Positions 27,240 to 35,717 of a DNA stretch of 64,000 bases are shown in pieces. Each line of letters opens with the position of its first letter. The first letter of the stretch is position 1. The DNA comes from Escherichia phage vB_EcoM_MM02. Made by a program: the position numbers and the translations under genes. The notes beneath the pieces are model-generated. The model saw only the letters and a list, made by a program, of their open reading frames with translations, was not told the origin of the DNA and searched no databases. The DNA lies in the sequence record MK373784.1; one strand, given 5' to 3'.

Positions 27240-27452
27240 TTAATTTTGGCCAGTATTTATTTTTCGCCTTTGGACGGCCTTAACATCTGCGAGGTATTTT
27301 TCCAGCTTGCGCTTGCGTGTATAATCAGCTTTAGAACCAGTTTGACGGATATCCTCGTTTAAATGAGAAATAGAATGTCCTAATTCTCTTCGGATTTCAT
27401 CTAATTGGGTTACAGTAAGATTACGAAGTTGTCTTTCGTTTAATTGCTGCAT
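27240..27452 (-). CDS. Hypothetical protein
   Basis: 70-aa ORF between rI and tk. Confidence 0.4.
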   Translation of the reverse strand: MQQLNERQLRNLTVTQLDEIRRELGHSISHLNEDIRQTGSKADYTRKRKLEKYLADVKAVQRRKINTGQN

Positions 27453-27479
27453 ATATACCTCTTGGTTAGATATTAGTAT

Positions 27480-28061
27480 TTATAACAACCCTGTCAAATC
27501 GTTCCAATGCTTCCGGCATAATGACACATATCTATCGGTATCACCAATTTCAATTTGACTGCCATCTGTAATTGGAAGTCCGTCTTCCGTGACTCTAGCT
27601 ACCATTGTGGCCTTTTTACCACAATGACAGACACCTTTAAGTTCAACAAGCTTATCGGCAATAGCCATTAATGCTTGAGAACCTTCAAATAGATTACCTT
27701 TAAAATCTGTTCGTAGTCCATATGCCATTACCGGCACATTGTATACGTCAACAATACGACTAAGTTGATACACCTTTTCAGTAGTTAAGAACTGAGCTTC
27801 GTCAACAAATACGCAGTGAATATCCTTTTGTGCTGCAGCCCATTTATAGAATTCAAAGATATCCATGTCTTTTGTAATTATATTGGCGTCCTGACGAATA
27901 CCAATACGAGAGACTATTTCACCTTTTGAATCGCGAGTATCAATAGCCGGTTTAAGAACTAATACACCCATGCCACGTTCTTTATAGTTATGTGCGGCAG
28001 TAAGTAATGAAGCAGACTTACCAGCGTTCATAGCGGCATAGGTAAAAATTAAACTAGCCAT
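27480..28061 (-). CDS. tk: Thymidine kinase
   Basis: 193 aa; P-loop MNAGKS; C-terminal CxxC...CRKHW zinc motif typical of type II TK. Confidence 0.9.
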   Translation of the reverse strand: MASLIFTYAAMNAGKSASLLTAAHNYKERGMGVLVLKPAIDTRDSKGEIVSRIGIRQDANIITKDMDIFEFYKWAAAQKDIHCVFVDEAQFLTTEKVYQLSRIVDVYNVPVMAYGLRTDFKGNLFEGSQALMAIADKLVELKGVCHCGKKATMVARVTEDGLPITDGSQIEIGDTDRYVSLCRKHWNDLTGLL

Positions 28062-28070
28062 AAGAGTCCC

Positions 28071-28253
28071 TTATAGTGAATTCACGTAGTCAATGAGTTC
28101 TTGTTCTTTCCTGTCAAATGATTCCATCAATGCTTGATATTCTTCGTCCGTCAAAGGAGCATATTCATCGTACGCATTGGTGGCTGCTTGCTCATCCAAT
28201 AGGTCATGGATAAGTTCGAACAGTTTAGTTTTCTCTTCTTTAGTCAATTTCAT
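28071..28253 (-). CDS. Hypothetical small acidic protein
   Basis: 60-aa ORF. Confidence 0.35.
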   Translation of the reverse strand: MKLTKEEKTKLFELIHDLLDEQAATNAYDEYAPLTDEEYQALMESFDRKEQELIDYVNSL

Positions 28254-28477
28254 TTAGGTTCACCTTCTTTAACGAAATCTGGGTAAGGGTAAAATCCTGA
28301 GTAAAACCCTTCACCTTTATGATTGCTACAACCTTTGTTCGAACAGTAACACCAATAATCAAAATCACAAGCCATTTCGTCATTGCATAAAGCAAAAACT
28401 ACAGGCCATTCGCATTTTTCGCATTTAGCACCTGTAAGAATTTTTGTTTGACTCATAGCCATGTCACCTTTAAGCAA
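28250..28477 (-). CDS. Hypothetical Cys-rich small protein
   Basis: 75 aa with about 10 cysteines (CEKCEWP...CYCSNKGC). Confidence 0.35.
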   Translation of the reverse strand: MLKGDMAMSQTKILTGAKCEKCEWPVVFALCNDEMACDFDYWCYCSNKGCSNHKGEGFYSGFYPYPDFVKEGEPK

Positions 28478-28680
28478 TATTCTTCTACATGTTGTTTACG
28501 GCCTTTCTTATCAATAAAGGTATATTCAACGAATGTTCCGATGTAGTCTTTATCTACATCATGTGGACTATTAATTGGACATTTGGTACGACAAATGCGT
28601 TCCCATTGACGAATAATTACTGCCTTATTCTTTGGGTCATATGGATGTGGATAATGTATATTCATAATAACGGTTCCCAA
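28453..28680 (-). CDS. Hypothetical protein
   Basis: 75-aa ORF. Confidence 0.35.
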   Translation of the reverse strand: MGTVIMNIHYPHPYDPKNKAVIIRQWERICRTKCPINSPHDVDKDYIGTFVEYTFIDKKGRKQHVEEYCLKVTWL

Positions 28681-29159
28681 TCAACAATCACAATTTCTAG
28701 TTTAGTAGAATACGTATCTAAAATCTCTTCGATGACATCCCAGTTTCCACCACCAATACCTGCACCAATTCTTGGCATATAAATTACAGGCTTTATTATC
28801 TTATTCTTTCCGAATTCATTTAATTCTATTATACAATTCATTAAAGCAGAGTACTCAAAATTAGGTCCCGGCTCAAACTGTGTATAAAGATTAAAGCAAT
28901 AAGCTTTATGGGTCTTAAAATATTTTTCATAAACCGAATAAGTCCCTAGTTTAGACTCGTCTCCGAATTCGGTTTGAAGTTTATCGGCTTCCAGAATTTT
29001 TGGATAAGCCTTTGCTAATTGTCCTGCCACACCCGCGCCCATTGTATGAAAACAATTACACCCATGAGCAATATTATTACCTTTAGAAAACAGGGCGACA
29101 ATATCGCCCTTGATATAGTTTTTAATCACTTGCTGCAAGTCCTCTATTATAAGAGTCAA
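28662..29159 (-). CDS. Macrodomain protein (TARG1/DarG-like ADP-ribose hydrolase fold)
   Basis: 165 aa; GDIVALF...IAHGCNCFHTMGAGVAGQ resembles the GD(I/L)F...AHC...MGAGIA signature as I recall it for TARG1-type macrodomains. Confidence 0.6.
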   Translation of the reverse strand: MTLIIEDLQQVIKNYIKGDIVALFSKGNNIAHGCNCFHTMGAGVAGQLAKAYPKILEADKLQTEFGDESKLGTYSVYEKYFKTHKAYCFNLYTQFEPGPNFEYSALMNCIIELNEFGKNKIIKPVIYMPRIGAGIGGGNWDVIEEILDTYSTKLEIVIVDWEPLL

Positions 29160-29469
29160 CTAGACGGTCCACCATAGAATTGCATGCTGCCTTATCTTTA
29201 GGTTCCGCCACCGAGCATTCTAATATTTGCCATTTTTTATAGTATCTTTTAATTAAGGTAGACGCCTTGAACCTACTAGACGCCCCATCTTTTTCTCCGT
29301 CTTTATACGCGTATAACAATTTTTGTGAAAAATCTACTTTACACTCTTGACTTTTACCACAGTAATCAGACGCCGTTCTGTTTGTATACTCCGTTACATC
29401 AGTATATGTAGTATTAGCAAAAGCGTTAAATGAAACCAAGCCAACTATTAAAGCCAACATTTTGGTCAT
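29122..29469 (-). CDS. Hypothetical secreted protein
   Basis: 115 aa; signal-peptide-like N-terminus MTKMLALIVGLVSFNAFA; four cysteines. Confidence 0.45.
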   Translation of the reverse strand: MTKMLALIVGLVSFNAFANTTYTDVTEYTNRTASDYCGKSQECKVDFSQKLLYAYKDGEKDGASSRFKASTLIKRYYKKWQILECSVAEPKDKAACNSMVDRLVDSYNRGLAASD

Positions 29470-30008
29470 TCTTTTATTTCCAGTAGTTTATTTGATTTAA
29501 GGTAATTAGCCTTTTCTAGGACTTCAGAAGCATATTTACTTCCAGCACTTGTCTTCCATCCCGCATTATATGAGGATATAGCTTTTCTTATATCCCCGTT
29601 ATGTATATTTAACCAATAAGAAAATTCGATATAAGCCCATCTGGCTGAATTAGACCGCTTAGATAGCATTTTCTTAATTTGGGCATCAGTCATATTATAA
29701 CCAAGTTGGTTAATTCTTGCCCTCATCGTTGGTAGATAATTTTGGAACATTCCATACGCATGGTGACCTTTCTTATCTTTAAGATTAATACCGGCTGATG
29801 ATTCCTGCCATAGTATTGCGGCCATTATGTATCCAAGTCCTTTCTTATGCATATTTTCATGCGTTTTAAATTTTCCATCCTTAGAAAACTGTTCCCCAAA
29901 CTGATAAGCATAATTCAAGTTATCGAGTTGGACATTACTAAAAGTATGCTCGGAGCTATGTGCTGATAATGAAAGAGCAAATAGACCAGCGAGTAGTGCT
30001 TTTCTCAT
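29466..30008 (-). CDS. Secreted lytic-transglycosylase-like (SLT domain) protein
   Basis: 180 aa; signal peptide; SLT motifs QESS, AYGMFQ, SYNAG. Confidence 0.6.
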   Translation of the reverse strand: MRKALLAGLFALSLSAHSSEHTFSNVQLDNLNYAYQFGEQFSKDGKFKTHENMHKKGLGYIMAAILWQESSAGINLKDKKGHHAYGMFQNYLPTMRARINQLGYNMTDAQIKKMLSKRSNSARWAYIEFSYWLNIHNGDIRKAISSYNAGWKTSAGSKYASEVLEKANYLKSNKLLEIKE

Positions 30009-30016
30009 GTTTACCT

Positions 30017-30475
30017 CTAGATTTTAATCACTGCTTTAGAAGCTTTTCCTGGTAGTCGTTTATTGTTAATAATAGCCATTCTGCATTGAAGAGTCTTCAT
30101 TTTGAATGCCGGATTTTCGCGACAAACTGTAAGTCCTAACCAAAGATTTCCGTCAGTTATTTCTAAACGGCCTGGACGATACTCGACACCTTCGACAAAA
30201 TCTTCATCAACATCTGGACGTGCCGGCATTGATAAAAATTCTGCAACTTCTTTAACGTGATTTTTTACTTTATGAAATAATTCAAAAACGTAATTCTCAT
30301 CTATTTCTCTCTGGATGGCACGATCTAAGAGATGTTGAGAATACTTGATATGAAAGCCTGGTAGTCCAAGAGACTTTGCAGCATCTTTTATACCGACATT
30401 TATTTTGCGGAACTCCGTTTCAAAGATTCGACGGAGTTTATTACGGCGGATAAAAACTTCCGAATTGATAGTCAT
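30017..30475 (-). CDS. regB: Endoribonuclease RegB
   Basis: MTINSEVFIRRNKLRR... recognised as T4 RegB; ATG at 30475 with GAGGAG SD. Confidence 0.85.
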   Translation of the reverse strand: MTINSEVFIRRNKLRRIFETEFRKINVGIKDAAKSLGLPGFHIKYSQHLLDRAIQREIDENYVFELFHKVKNHVKEVAEFLSMPARPDVDEDFVEGVEYRPGRLEITDGNLWLGLTVCRENPAFKMKTLQCRMAIINNKRLPGKASKAVIKI

Positions 30476-30483
30476 TTTGATTT

Positions 30484-30532
30484 CTCCTCTAGTTGACAAG
30501 TCTATAGTAACACAACTAGAGGAGAAGTAAAC
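30484..30532 (-). promoter_or_regulatory. Promoter cassette with 12-bp inverted repeat sequestering the regB SD
   Basis: GTTTAC, 17-nt spacer, TACTAT; IR arms ctcctctagttg/caactagaggag; the 3' arm is the regB Shine-Dalgarno. Confidence 0.5.
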
Positions 30533-30831
30533 TACTCTTTGAAAGGAATTAACTTTTTAACTGCTTTAGATACTTCGTCACGAACCTGATGGAAGTTCTT
30601 GAGCTGTTCAAGGCGTTGTTCGTAATACGCAATCTCATCTTCTTCAAGACAATCGTCAGCGTCTTCTTTCAGATATGCCTTGTACTCATTAAAGAGGGCC
30701 CATAGGCGGTTCTCAAAGTCATCAAGGCTTTGAATTTTCTTGTGCTTCAGAACAAGGCCAAAAGGATTGCTTTCAGTTATGCGTCTAGATGCTTCATAAT
30801 GAGTTCCAAAGCCTGATAGGATTTGAGCCAT
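30532..30831 (-). CDS. Hypothetical protein
   Basis: 99-aa ORF. Confidence 0.4.
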   Translation of the reverse strand: MAQILSGFGTHYEASRRITESNPFGLVLKHKKIQSLDDFENRLWALFNEYKAYLKEDADDCLEEDEIAYYEQRLEQLKNFHQVRDEVSKAVKKLIPFKE

Positions 30832-31265
30832 TAGTATTTTTCCTCAGGTCGAAATACTGCACGACATGCCCACATGCTGGCTTCTTTTAGATGTTGCTTA
30901 GCATACTTAAGAGCCTGCACTGCATCCATATCTTCTTTGGTTTGTTGCTCTGTTTCATTTTCTTTCAAGATATATGCTTCTTCAATCAGAGCATCAAACA
31001 ACAATCCAAGACGGACTTCTGCATCTTTAATAGCGTTCACTTTACCGATTTTATCATCGGTATGCGGCTTGTAGCCTTTGATGTCTTCAATCGACATAAG
31101 GAATTTCCTCATCTGTGGCAAGGTCATATTCGACCAATTGGATAGGCTCATTAATACCATATCCACGTACAGTGATATCAGTTGTCGGATAGTTTCCAGT
31201 AATATCACCCATTCTAAATGATTCAATGAATGATTGCTCGCCTGAGCAACTAAACCAGGCGGCAA
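30831..31265 (-). CDS. Hypothetical protein (start uncertain)
   Basis: 144-aa ORF partly overlapping 31087..31311; real start may be the internal MSIEDIKGY. Confidence 0.3.
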   Translation of the reverse strand: MPPGLVAQASNHSLNHLEWVILLETIRQLISLYVDMVLMSLSNWSNMTLPQMRKFLMSIEDIKGYKPHTDDKIGKVNAIKDAEVRLGLLFDALIEEAYILKENETEQQTKEDMDAVQALKYAKQHLKEASMWACRAVFRPEEKY

Positions 31266-31311
31266 AACATTTTAAAACATCTTCAGACCCTTCTATAAAC
31301 AATTTAGCCAT
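31087..31311 (-). CDS. Hypothetical protein
   Basis: 74-aa ORF. Confidence 0.3.
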   Translation of the reverse strand: MAKLFIEGSEDVLKCFAAWFSCSGEQSFIESFRMGDITGNYPTTDITVRGYGINEPIQLVEYDLATDEEIPYVD

Positions 31312-31673
31312 TATAGACTCTCAGTAAAGGTGCGAGCGATAACGTCACGCTGCTGTTCCGGAGTTAGAGAGTTAAAGCGAACTGCATAACCGGATACACG
31401 GATGGTCAGCTGCGGATATTTTTCCGGATGCTTAACTGCATCTTCTAGAGTTTCACGACGCAGAACGTTAACGTTCAGATGTTGTCCACCTTCAATTTTA
31501 ACTTTAGGTTGATGTTCAATTTCAATTTCACGGGCATTCAAACCGTAGAAAATTTCTGGGTCTACAATAGCGTCTTCTTTAAAAGTCTTAGAGACAATAA
31601 TCCGGGCTTGAGTACCGTCTTCAAAATAAATAGTGCCTTTGTGTGTGCCTTCAAGAATTTGATATGCTTTCAT
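31311..31673 (-). CDS. GrcA/YfiD-like autonomous glycyl-radical cofactor
   Basis: 120 aa; C-terminal half ...[60 protein letters not shown] matches the glycyl-radical domain as I recall it for E. coli GrcA. Confidence 0.8.
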   Translation of the reverse strand: MKAYQILEGTHKGTIYFEDGTQARIIVSKTFKEDAIVDPEIFYGLNAREIEIEHQPKVKIEGGQHLNVNVLRRETLEDAVKHPEKYPQLTIRVSGYAVRFNSLTPEQQRDVIARTFTESL

Positions 31674-31679
31674 ATAACC

Positions 31680-31988
31680 TCAATTAGAAAATAAATTTAT
31701 CCAAGTTTTTTCTTTAATCAAAAATGGGTCGGAATTAAACGCCATTAAACTTTGAGTGATTAATCCCTTAAATGGCCCATCAATAAATTCCATTTTGAAA
31801 TGCGGAATACTAGTCATCAACCGTGCATTAGGAGCAGTACAAAGAACCTGCTGCCCTGCGAACGGACCTTTAGTCAAACGATATCGTTTAGGTTTAAAAT
31901 GGTAAATCTCGTAATTTTCTACAAGGGCCCTTTTATTGCATACTGGGCTGTTATAACAATATTCAAAAACTTCAATAGTGGTCATCAT
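31680..31988 (-). CDS. Hypothetical protein
   Basis: 102-aa ORF. Confidence 0.4.
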   Translation of the reverse strand: MMTTIEVFEYCYNSPVCNKRALVENYEIYHFKPKRYRLTKGPFAGQQVLCTAPNARLMTSIPHFKMEFIDGPFKGLITQSLMAFNSDPFLIKEKTWINLFSN

Positions 31989-32560
31989 TGCATTCCAATC
32001 ACAAAAAATTGAGGACGAGCATTACCGCCGATGCAATATTTGCTTTTGCAACAATGTTGGACTGTTTTAATATGTACATTGTAAATCTTATCCATATCAG
32101 GAGCTTTAATAGGCTCGTCAATTATATACAGAATACGAGAAAGCGTTAATCCACGGAATTTAGAACCTTCATTGCCAATAAAACTACGAACAGAATCGGT
32201 AAATAAACGGAATCGAATATCGTCGCTAGAATATCGAGAAAATTCTTTTTCAATGTTGCCAGCAGAAATTTTAGCATAAGCTGAAGTATTAGAAAGAACA
32301 ATAACTGTTCCGCCATCATACAGCCAATTAGCAGCAAAGTTAGTCACAGCAATTGATTTACCTGATTGTCGGCCGCCGTCTAAACGAAGTGTACAGTACT
32401 GCTTGAGTACGTCTTCAAATGGTGGGACATAACCGTTCTTACAAATTTCTTCTACTCTAGCATCAGAATGGTGTGTAAAAGCATTCATCAGGGATAGATA
32501 AGGTCCAGTTAAAAATGTTCTCATATTATTTCTCTTAAGGTTGGGGCCATTCCGTGGCAC
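31985..32560 (-). CDS. Hypothetical protein with P-loop-like motif
   Basis: 191 aa; GGRQSGKS. Confidence 0.4.
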   Translation of the reverse strand: MPRNGPNLKRNNMRTFLTGPYLSLMNAFTHHSDARVEEICKNGYVPPFEDVLKQYCTLRLDGGRQSGKSIAVTNFAANWLYDGGTVIVLSNTSAYAKISAGNIEKEFSRYSSDDIRFRLFTDSVRSFIGNEGSKFRGLTLSRILYIIDEPIKAPDMDKIYNVHIKTVQHCCKSKYCIGGNARPQFFVIGMQ

Positions 32561-32637
32561 ATGAATTGTCCATTTCTGTATTTACCCCTCCAAGTAATTA
32601 TGAATATACTATCACAATTCTAGGAGAAAGTAAACTG

Positions 32638-32940
32638 TTATTTACCTTTAATTACTTTAGCTGCTTCGATAGCCGCTTGCTGAAGGTCATCCATAGACAT
32701 ACCGAATTTAGAAGCAAAGTTATCAATTTTCTTTTCGACAGCATTCAAAGGCTTGGCCTGTTTACCTTCATTAGCGCCAGGAAGAGCGAGAATACGCTCT
32801 TTGTCAATATAAAGGCTTACAAGTTTCTTACGGTCTTTATCGGACAAATCATGAAATGAATGAGCCTTTTTATTTATAGCGGCTTCTAATTTACCTGCAC
32901 TCACTCGCGCTTCAGTAATAAATTCTTTATATGTTTTCAT
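32638..32940 (-). CDS. Internal (capsid-packaged) protein, IPII/IPIII-like
   Basis: N-terminal MKTYKEFITEA capsid-targeting sequence; T4 ipII/ipIII position next to denV. Confidence 0.65.
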   Translation of the reverse strand: MKTYKEFITEARVSAGKLEAAINKKAHSFHDLSDKDRKKLVSLYIDKERILALPGANEGKQAKPLNAVEKKIDNFASKFGMSMDDLQQAAIEAAKVIKGK

Positions 32941-33004
32941 TTTTTGTTTCCTTGTTTGTTTTGATAGAGTAATTATACCATATTAATACTTAAGCGTAAA
33001 CAAT

Positions 33005-33265
33005 TTAAGCTTTACCGCCAGAAATAATTCCGAAGTTGTTAAAATCGTATCCAATATCGTCAACATCTACTTTAGGATTTACTACAACATAAGCAATTTC
33101 ACTACGTTTTGCATAGGTGTTGATTTCTTTACCATCGCCACCTAAGAAAGAATACCCATTACGTTTTAATGAGCCAAAGTCTTCGGCATCACCAATGAAA
33201 GCTTTAACTTTAAATTTAGGACCTTTGGCATCTGCTTCAACGATAAATTCTTGATACATTTTCAT
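33005..33265 (-). CDS. Internal protein-like (CTS-bearing)
   Basis: N-terminal MKMYQEFIVEA. Confidence 0.55.
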   Translation of the reverse strand: MKMYQEFIVEADAKGPKFKVKAFIGDAEDFGSLKRNGYSFLGGDGKEINTYAKRSEIAYVVVNPKVDVDDIGYDFNNFGIISGGKA

Positions 33266-33271
33266 TTTTCC

Positions 33272-33685
33272 TTAGTAAATTGATTTACCATAGTATTTGT
33301 ACCAAGTCGGACGTTGAGCAATTTTTTCATCTAAGCGTGCTTGACTTATCGCAATGGACGCTTCGGACGGGACGTAATTATTACGAAATTCTACAGGAAT
33401 GTCGGAAATATCCTGGACAGTCGTGTCCTTGATTTTGAAACCACGTTTCAAGCATTCAGCGATTAGCTCGATTTGACGTAAACGTAAAAATTCGAGTTTG
33501 TCGTAAAAGAATGTTACGTGACCTGTGCCTAAGATAAATGTTGGAGAGATTTTAAAATCCTTTACACGTTTACCGTTTTGAACATGTTTACGGACTGCAC
33601 CAAATACGCGTGGTAATTCACGATACTCAGCCATAAGATGTTGGTCGGACAGTTCAGAAACAAGTGTTAAATTGATACGAGTCAT
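33272..33685 (-). CDS. denV: Endonuclease V (pyrimidine-dimer glycosylase) DenV
   Basis: [31 protein letters not shown]... recognised as T4 DenV; 138 aa from ATG at 33685. Confidence 0.9.
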   Translation of the reverse strand: MTRINLTLVSELSDQHLMAEYRELPRVFGAVRKHVQNGKRVKDFKISPTFILGTGHVTFFYDKLEFLRLRQIELIAECLKRGFKIKDTTVQDISDIPVEFRNNYVPSEASIAISQARLDEKIAQRPTWYKYYGKSIY

Positions 33686-33690
33686 AATTT

Positions 33691-33742
33691 CCTCCAAGTA
33701 GTTGATGAATGTATAGTATCAAAACCCTTGGAGGAAGTAAAC
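33691..33742 (-). promoter_or_regulatory. Promoter cassette with inverted repeat sequestering the denV SD
   Basis: GTTTAC, TACTAT-like -10; arms cctccaag/cttggagg, the 3' arm being the denV Shine-Dalgarno. Confidence 0.45.
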
Positions 33743-33743
33743 A

Positions 33744-34025
33744 CTATTTTTCTGAAGCGCCTGAAATATATTTTTCAAGACGTTGTTTCATCAGCGAGCC
33801 GTTCTTAGCGATTTCTTCTGGTTTATCGCACATACGCAACAAGGCTTCAAGCTTAGCGATATCGCTGGTACGTTCAAATTTGCGAGTATCTATCTTACTA
33901 GCAAGTTCAGAAATACGTGCTAATAGACTTTCAGCTTCAACCAAAGCTGCACCTAGCTTAGTTGCAAATGTGTCAGTAGCTTCGTTAAGAATAGATTCTG
34001 ATAAAAATTCACTATATGTTTTCAT
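33744..34025 (-). CDS. Internal protein-like (CTS-bearing)
   Basis: Starts [11 protein letters not shown]; its ATG overlaps the e stop (ATGA). Confidence 0.5.
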   Translation of the reverse strand: MKTYSEFLSESILNEATDTFATKLGAALVEAESLLARISELASKIDTRKFERTSDIAKLEALLRMCDKPEEIAKNGSLMKQRLEKYISGASEK

Positions 34026-34510
34026 ATATACGCTTTCCAAGTTCCTGTTTTAAATGTTGAGATTACGCGTTTCGCGCGATTAGGTGTCTGACGATACCAT
34101 TTAGATTGGGCTAGATTTACTGCCGCTTCATCCCAACGTTTCTGTTGAAGCATACGAAGAGAATTAGTAAAACCGGCGACGCCTGATACACCCATTTGGA
34201 AGACCATATTGACCAATGCACACCGACGAACCGCATCTAAAGAATCATATACCGGTTTAAGTTTAGCATTACCCAAGATTCCGCGAACGGCTTTATCAAC
34301 GTCTTCATTAAATAGCTTTTCAGCCTCATCAAGGGTAATTGTACCGTTGCATTTACGTCCGATCATTCTGTCAAGTTCAGCTTTAGCTACGGCTAAAGAC
34401 GGGGTCTTTGTTACTAAATGGCCTATGCCAATAGTCCAAAAGCCTTCGGTGTCTTTGTATAAAGTCAGTCTAAGACCTTCGTCATTACGAAGCATTTCAA
34501 ATATATTCAT
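34022..34510 (-). CDS. e: Lysozyme (endolysin) e
   Basis: [31 protein letters not shown]... recognised as T4 lysozyme; 162 aa from ATG at 34510. Confidence 0.9.
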   Translation of the reverse strand: MNIFEMLRNDEGLRLTLYKDTEGFWTIGIGHLVTKTPSLAVAKAELDRMIGRKCNGTITLDEAEKLFNEDVDKAVRGILGNAKLKPVYDSLDAVRRCALVNMVFQMGVSGVAGFTNSLRMLQQKRWDEAAVNLAQSKWYRQTPNRAKRVISTFKTGTWKAYI

Positions 34511-34512
34511 AA

Positions 34513-34536
34513 TACCTCCCACGTTTATAGGAGGTA
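34513..34536 (-). promoter_or_regulatory. Hairpin sequestering the lysozyme SD with late-promoter-like TATAAAC in the loop
   Basis: Minus-strand TACCTCC-TATAAACGT-GGGAGGTA immediately before the ATG; matches the transcript-specific translational control described for T4 gene e. Confidence 0.55.
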
Positions 34537-34544
34537 TTTATTAC

Positions 34545-35003
34545 TTATAGGAGTGTAGTGAGCACCTTATATAATGATTTGCCCATTACATATTCCCATT
34601 GAGAAGGTTTAATTAAAGCGAATGCATCAAATTCAGGAATCTGTCGTCCGTCCGGGAATGCATGATAGGAATTACAAACACTGTTTCTGAATTGCTCGTG
34701 CTCTACAGGGATGGTATATAGGAACAGATGAATATTCTTATTGTCTGAGTAATGATGTTCACCTAGGTCTTTCAGGAAGGCAGGGTCATATTGTGTAAAC
34801 CCAGTTTCTTCTTCGCATTCACGAATAGCGGCTTCAATAGGAGATTCGCCAGGTTCGACACGGCCTTTAGGAATATCCCACCGATGAGCTAATGCACCTT
34901 TAGGACGAGAACCAGTTACACGGCCCATGAATAACTCTTTATCTTTTGACATGAAGATAATACCGGCTGATAGCTCTTTCACTTTATTTTTCTTACTCAT
35001 CAT
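34545..35003 (-). CDS. nudE: Nudix hydrolase NudE
   Basis: 152 aa; Nudix box GRVEPGESPIEAAIRECEEETG; downstream of e as in T4. Confidence 0.8.
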   Translation of the reverse strand: MMSKKNKVKELSAGIIFMSKDKELFMGRVTGSRPKGALAHRWDIPKGRVEPGESPIEAAIRECEEETGFTQYDPAFLKDLGEHHYSDNKNIHLFLYTIPVEHEQFRNSVCNSYHAFPDGRQIPEFDAFALIKPSQWEYVMGKSLYKVLTTLL

Positions 35004-35229
35004 CTCGGTCCCATGATTTGGCCATTAATTCGGACATAAATTCTTCAATACGCGTTTCTTTAGATGGACTTTCACTATTAGAGACCGCAAGTTTGTAATC
35101 TGCAATAGGACAGAACATATCAAGGTCCATATTAAAATCGTCTTTGATTTTTTCTTCTGACACATCTTTATCGTATGTGTACAGATAACTATCACATGAT
35201 TCTGATTTAATGTAAATTGCTATACTCAT
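34993..35229 (-). CDS. Hypothetical small protein
   Basis: Likely start MSIAIYIK with AGGAA SD. Confidence 0.3.
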   Translation of the reverse strand: MSIAIYIKSESCDSYLYTYDKDVSEEKIKDDFNMDLDMFCPIADYKLAVSNSESPSKETRIEEFMSELMAKSWDRDDE

Positions 35230-35717
35230 CTCAAATTCCTGCATTCGGTAATAAAACGTTCAACTTCATTATTCTTGGCCTTTATCTTGTCTTTACGTTC
35301 CTGTAAACTACTTTTAACAAGATTAATAATGATGCCTACAGTACCGCCGCCAATGATGCCACCAACAACACTTATGATAATAGATGCTAATAAGATAGCA
35401 ATAATATCAACAAAACCGAAAGAACTCACCTTAGTACTAAAAAACCATACCGACGGTACAAATATAATCCATCCTGTTATCCATTGGCACTTATTGAAAA
35501 ACTTTTCAAGCTCAGCTTGAGTTGTTCGTATTACTTCATCGATAGGTTGATATCCATTAATGTATCTGTTCACGATAATACCTGCTGGCTGGTCGATTTT
35601 AAATTCTTGGCAAATATGTTTCACTAAGTAGGATGGACATCCTGTCCAATCTACTGAATAGTATGAAATACCTTCGTTGCCATCGTCTATATTAGACCAA
35701 TATGTTTTGTTAATCAT
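35226..35717 (-). CDS. Hypothetical membrane protein, C-terminal FITECR motif
   Basis: 163 aa; one or two TM helices; ends ...ERFITECRNLR. Confidence 0.45.
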   Translation of the reverse strand: MINKTYWSNIDDGNEGISYYSVDWTGCPSYLVKHICQEFKIDQPAGIIVNRYINGYQPIDEVIRTTQAELEKFFNKCQWITGWIIFVPSVWFFSTKVSSFGFVDIIAILLASIIISVVGGIIGGGTVGIIINLVKSSLQERKDKIKAKNNEVERFITECRNLR

